Below, piece by piece: positions 61,596 to 64,000 of a stretch of DNA of 64,000 nt (position 1 is the stretch's first letter; every line of letters starts with the position of its first letter). The stretch covers positions 172,058 to 236,057 of the forward strand of contig JAWSUF010000004.1 of assembly GCA_033549365.1 (NCBI GenBank), given 5' to 3'. This DNA is from Acidobacteriota bacterium (GTDB lineage Bacteria > Acidobacteriota > Aminicenantia > Aminicenantales > Saccharicenantaceae). Under the pieces are notes generated by a model, which worked only from the letters and a program-made list of their open reading frames with translations, did no database searches and was not told the origin of the DNA. The position numbers and the translations under genes are program-made.

Positions 61596-62215
61596 CGGCC
61601 GTCAAGCAATGGGGATTCTTTTTCGACGCCGCGGCCTGCAGCGGCTGCAAGGCCTGTCAGGTCGCCTGCAAGGACCGTCACGATCTCAAGGCCGGAATCC
61701 ATTGGCGGCGTGTCTACGAGGTCGGCGGCGGCGTCTGGACCCCGAAGGGAAAGGCCTGGGAACACGGGGTTTTGGCTTACAACATCTCGATGGCCTGCAA
61801 CCACTGCCGGAATCCTCTCTGTGCCGATTCCTGCCCGACCAAGGCCATCACAAAGAGACCGGACGGCCTTGTCCTCCTCGACACGACGCTCTGTATCGGC
61901 TGCCGGTATTGCGAATGGGCTTGTCCTTACGGGGCCACGCGATTCGACGCCGCCACGGGTCTTGTGACGAAGTGCACTTTCTGTGTCGACGCCGTCGATG
62001 CGGGAGAGCCGCCGGCCTGCGTCGCGGCCTGTCCCGGCCGCGCCCTTGACTTCGGCGATTTCGACGACCTCAAAAAAAAGTACGGCGGGACGGGCCGCAT
62101 TTTCCCTCTTCCCGAAGAAGATCAGACCGAACCCGCCCTGGTCATTCGTCCCCATCGCGACTGCGCCCGGGCCGAAGGTGCGGCGGTCGATGTCATCAAC
62201 TGGGAGGAAGTCTGA
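61592..62215 (+). CDS. dmsB: DMSO reductase Fe-S subunit B (4x[4Fe-4S])
   Basis: MTAVKQWGFFFDAAACSGCKACQVACKD... is collinear with E. coli DmsB. Four ferredoxin Cys clusters are present. It overlaps dmsA as ATGA. Confidence 0.9.
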   Translation: MTAVKQWGFFFDAAACSGCKACQVACKDRHDLKAGIHWRRVYEVGGGVWTPKGKAWEHGVLAYNISMACNHCRNPLCADSCPTKAITKRPDGLVLLDTTLCIGCRYCEWACPYGATRFDAATGLVTKCTFCVDAVDAGEPPACVAACPGRALDFGDFDDLKKKYGGTGRIFPLPEEDQTEPALVIRPHRDCARAEGAAVDVINWEEV

Positions 62216-63049
62216 GTGCTTCTCCGGGAATGGCCGCTTGCCGTTTTCACCGTTCTCGGCCAGACGGCCGCGGGCGTTTTTCTCGTCGCCGTTCTGCCGC
62301 TCTATCTTTTTCCCGGTCGCTCGGGCGAAACCGCAACGCGGAACACGCGCCTTTTGCTGCTGATAGTCGTCGCGGCCGTTTTGGCCGCGGCCGCCGCCGT
62401 TTCGTTTTTCCATCTCGGCCGGCCCTTTCGAGCCGTCAATGCCCTGAATAACATCCGGTCGTCCTGGCTCAGCCGGGAAATCTTGAGCGAGCTTGTTTTT
62501 TTGGGCGGGCTGGGGATTTTGGCCGGTCTCGAACTTCGGGGTTACGGCGGGGCTCCGGCGGCCCGCGCCGTCGCCGGTTTCGCCGCCGTCGCCGGAACTC
62601 TGTTTCTTTTCTCAATGATCCGGCTTTATATGCTGCCCACGGTTCCGGCCTGGAACAGTCCCTATACGCCGCTTTCCTTTGTCCTGACGGCGGCCCTGAC
62701 GGGAACTCTGGCCGCGCATTTTATTCGGCCCGATCCCCGATGGCTTGCGGCCGCTCTCGTTTTTTTTGCGGCCGCCGCCGCAACCGCCGTCCTGTACGCG
62801 CCTGGAGCCGGCCTTCTCGGATGGCGTGAGACACCTTCTCTCAGACCACCTTCACCCGCATTTCAACCGGTGTTTTTTTTACGGATCGCTCTACTGGGGC
62901 TGGGAGGCCTGGCCGTCTCGCTGTCCTTATTATTTCAAAAAATTCCTTGGTCCGGCCGGTTGATCCCGGCCGCTCTGGCTTTGGCGATCATGGCCGAGAC
63001 GATGGGCCGTCTTCTGTTCTATTCCGCGGTCGGACCCTACAGCCGATGA
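62216..63049 (+). CDS. dmsC: DMSO reductase membrane anchor subunit C
   Basis: 277 aa with about 8 transmembrane helices. The GTG start directly follows the dmsB stop. Confidence 0.75.
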   Translation: MLLREWPLAVFTVLGQTAAGVFLVAVLPLYLFPGRSGETATRNTRLLLLIVVAAVLAAAAAVSFFHLGRPFRAVNALNNIRSSWLSREILSELVFLGGLGILAGLELRGYGGAPAARAVAGFAAVAGTLFLFSMIRLYMLPTVPAWNSPYTPLSFVLTAALTGTLAAHFIRPDPRWLAAALVFFAAAAATAVLYAPGAGLLGWRETPSLRPPSPAFQPVFFLRIALLGLGGLAVSLSLLFQKIPWSGRLIPAALALAIMAETMGRLLFYSAVGPYSR

Positions 63050-63687
63050 CCGGCACTCCGGATTCAGACCGCGAACCGTCTTATGCCGAACTTGCCGCCT
63101 CCTTCGAGACGGCTTTTCTTTTTCTCTCACGGGTTTTTCTGGAACCGCCGGACCAAGAATTCCTGGAAAGGACGGCTTCGGAAGAACTTCTCGATGACTG
63201 GCCCCTTCCCGCGAATTGTGATGCGGCGGTCGGACTGGCCATGATGAAAAACGGGCTGACGGCGGCCGCCTCGGGCGGCTGGAAGGACCTCGCCGCGGAT
63301 TACGTCGATCTCTTTGCGGGCGGACGCCTTCTTGCCCCGCCTTTCGAGTCCGTCTATCGGGGAAAGGACCGCTTGATGTTCGAGGATACGACGTTCGAAG
63401 TCCGGGAGATCTACCGCGGCCACGGTCTCGAAGTTCCGGACAAGAACACCGTTCCGGACGATCACATCGGCTTTGAACTTCTCTTCCTGGCCTGGCTCTG
63501 CGGCCGGGCGGCCGGGGGCGCGGCCGATTTTCTTTCTCAACATCTCCTCCTGTGGGCGGGTCGGTTCGCGAAGGCCGTTATCGATCATGCCTCGACATCC
63601 TTCTATCGTGGTGCGGCCCATCTCATGAACGGGACGATCCGCCTCCTGGCCCGCTCGCTCGGTCTTCACGATCCCCACAAAACTTGA
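63046..63687 (+). CDS. dmsD: TorD/DmsD-family redox enzyme maturation chaperone
   Basis: Trimmed to MTGTPDSDREPSYAEL... The TorD family pattern DHIGFELLFLAWL is present. It overlaps dmsC as ATGA. Confidence 0.75.
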   Translation: MTGTPDSDREPSYAELAASFETAFLFLSRVFLEPPDQEFLERTASEELLDDWPLPANCDAAVGLAMMKNGLTAAASGGWKDLAADYVDLFAGGRLLAPPFESVYRGKDRLMFEDTTFEVREIYRGHGLEVPDKNTVPDDHIGFELLFLAWLCGRAAGGAADFLSQHLLLWAGRFAKAVIDHASTSFYRGAAHLMNGTIRLLARSLGLHDPHKT

Positions 63688-63750
63688 GGGAGTTGACTTC
63701 CTCTTCCGGTTGTTTCATGATCAACTTTTGATCATTGGACCAAAGGAATA

Positions 63751-64000
63751 ATGAACATGAAAACCTTCTGTACGGCCGTCAATTGCATGGATGGCCGCGT
63801 TCAGGTGCCGGTTTTGACCTATCTCCTTCGGCGTTTTCAAACGGATTGCGTCGACTCCATCACGGAGCCGGGTCCGAATCGCATCCTGGCCGAACGGGAC
63901 GATCCCGTCGCGGTTCAATCCATTCTCAATCGCCTGAAAATCTCGGTGGAAAACCATGCCTCCGTCGGAATTGCCCTGGCCGGACACCACGACTGTTGCG
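63751..64000 (+). CDS. Hypothetical protein, 5' part (runs off the window end); motifs resemble beta-class carbonic anhydrase
   Basis: MNMKTFCTAVNCMDGRVQ...ENHASVGIALAGHHDCC (AAGGA ribosome-binding site). C-x-D-x-R and H-x-x-C motifs sit at beta-CA-like spacing. The minus-strand ORF 63721..63990 was rejected in favour of this reading. Confidence 0.3.
   Translation, partial: MNMKTFCTAVNCMDGRVQVPVLTYLLRRFQTDCVDSITEPGPNRILAERDDPVAVQSILNRLKISVENHASVGIALAGHHDCC

Noticed and set aside
63721-63990. 89-aa minus-strand ORF at the window end
   Set aside because: The plus-strand reading from the ATG at 63751 has a ribosome-binding site, continues off the window, and shows CxDxR/HxxC motifs. The minus ORF is its antisense shadow.
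1-64000. CRISPR arrays, insertion sequences, integrases, prophage or toxin-antitoxin modules
   Set aside because: I saw no regularly spaced direct repeats, no transposase, integrase or recombinase-like translations in any frame of the intergenic space, and no GC-content islands. The only repeat noted is the short GCTGCAGATGC pair in the hydrogenase leader.

Overview
This window is high-GC (roughly 62-66%) and densely packed. Almost all of it is coding, arranged in long co-directional gene arrays with many 4-nt ATGA or GTGA start/stop overlaps, which suggests translational coupling. It looks like bacterial chromosome from an anaerobe: Tat-exported redox enzymes, a group 4 [NiFe] hydrogenase and a DMSO-reductase operon. 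I found no CRISPR array, integrase or transposase.

Content in order along the window:
- 1-24.9 kb, minus strand: a 5'-truncated ATP-grasp (Ddl-like) gene, a Tat-signal radical SAM enzyme (AmrS/PflA-activase-like), a membrane-embedded spermidine-synthase-like protein, then a sugar-phosphate block (pgi, rpiB, HAD phosphatase, tkt). After that come a fused TIGR04282/TIGR04283 (DUF2064-GT2) glycosyltransferase, an Lpd/MerA-family flavoprotein, a DedA/TVP38 membrane protein and an ArsS-like radical SAM/Cys-rich protein. These are followed by pgl-zwf-gnd, a ROK glucokinase, a GH63-like glucosidase, glucose 1-dehydrogenase and a glycogen-debranching-type enzyme. Next comes a Tat-signal reductive dehalogenase (rdhA) with a small two-helix RdhB-like anchor and what looks like its own promoter.
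- 24.9-30 kb: a decayed ABC ATPase remnant, a second Lpd/MerA-like flavoprotein, and a PmbA/TldD metalloprotease pair in which only TldD carries a Tat signal.
- 30-34.4 kb, plus strand: a secreted S10 carboxypeptidase, a small membrane protein, tRNA-Leu(UAA), an AbgT transporter and a DUF2784 membrane protein.
- 34.5-57.9 kb, minus strand: a TauE/SafE exporter, an SLC13/DASS permease with TrkA-C domains, a GH31 alpha-glucosidase and two tandem URO-D/MtaA-like HxCG proteins. A three-gene phosphorelay follows (single-domain REC, dCache sensor kinase, hybrid REC-kinase), lying directly downstream of an eight-gene formate-hydrogenlyase-like group 4 [NiFe] hydrogenase cluster. That cluster has an FdhF-like Mo-bisPGD subunit, HydB/AsrA-like and HydG/AsrB-like subunits, a HyfB/NuoL-like antiporter, a HycE large subunit, HycD, HycF and a HycG small subunit. 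Its FdhF-like subunit has Gly where the Sec/Cys molybdenum ligand should be, and about 590 nt of lower-GC, structured leader precedes the cluster. Upstream of the leader sit a hypothetical protein, a second single-domain REC and an APC permease.
- 58-64 kb, plus strand: bacterioferritin, a membrane protein, dmsABC plus a TorD/DmsD chaperone, and the start of a beta-carbonic-anhydrase-like gene.

Many long ORFs in the six-frame track are antisense artefacts of the high GC content, and several track ORFs carry spurious N-terminal extensions that I trimmed to internal starts with ribosome-binding sites. My coordinates for non-CDS features are read off the numbered lines and may be off by 1-2 nt.
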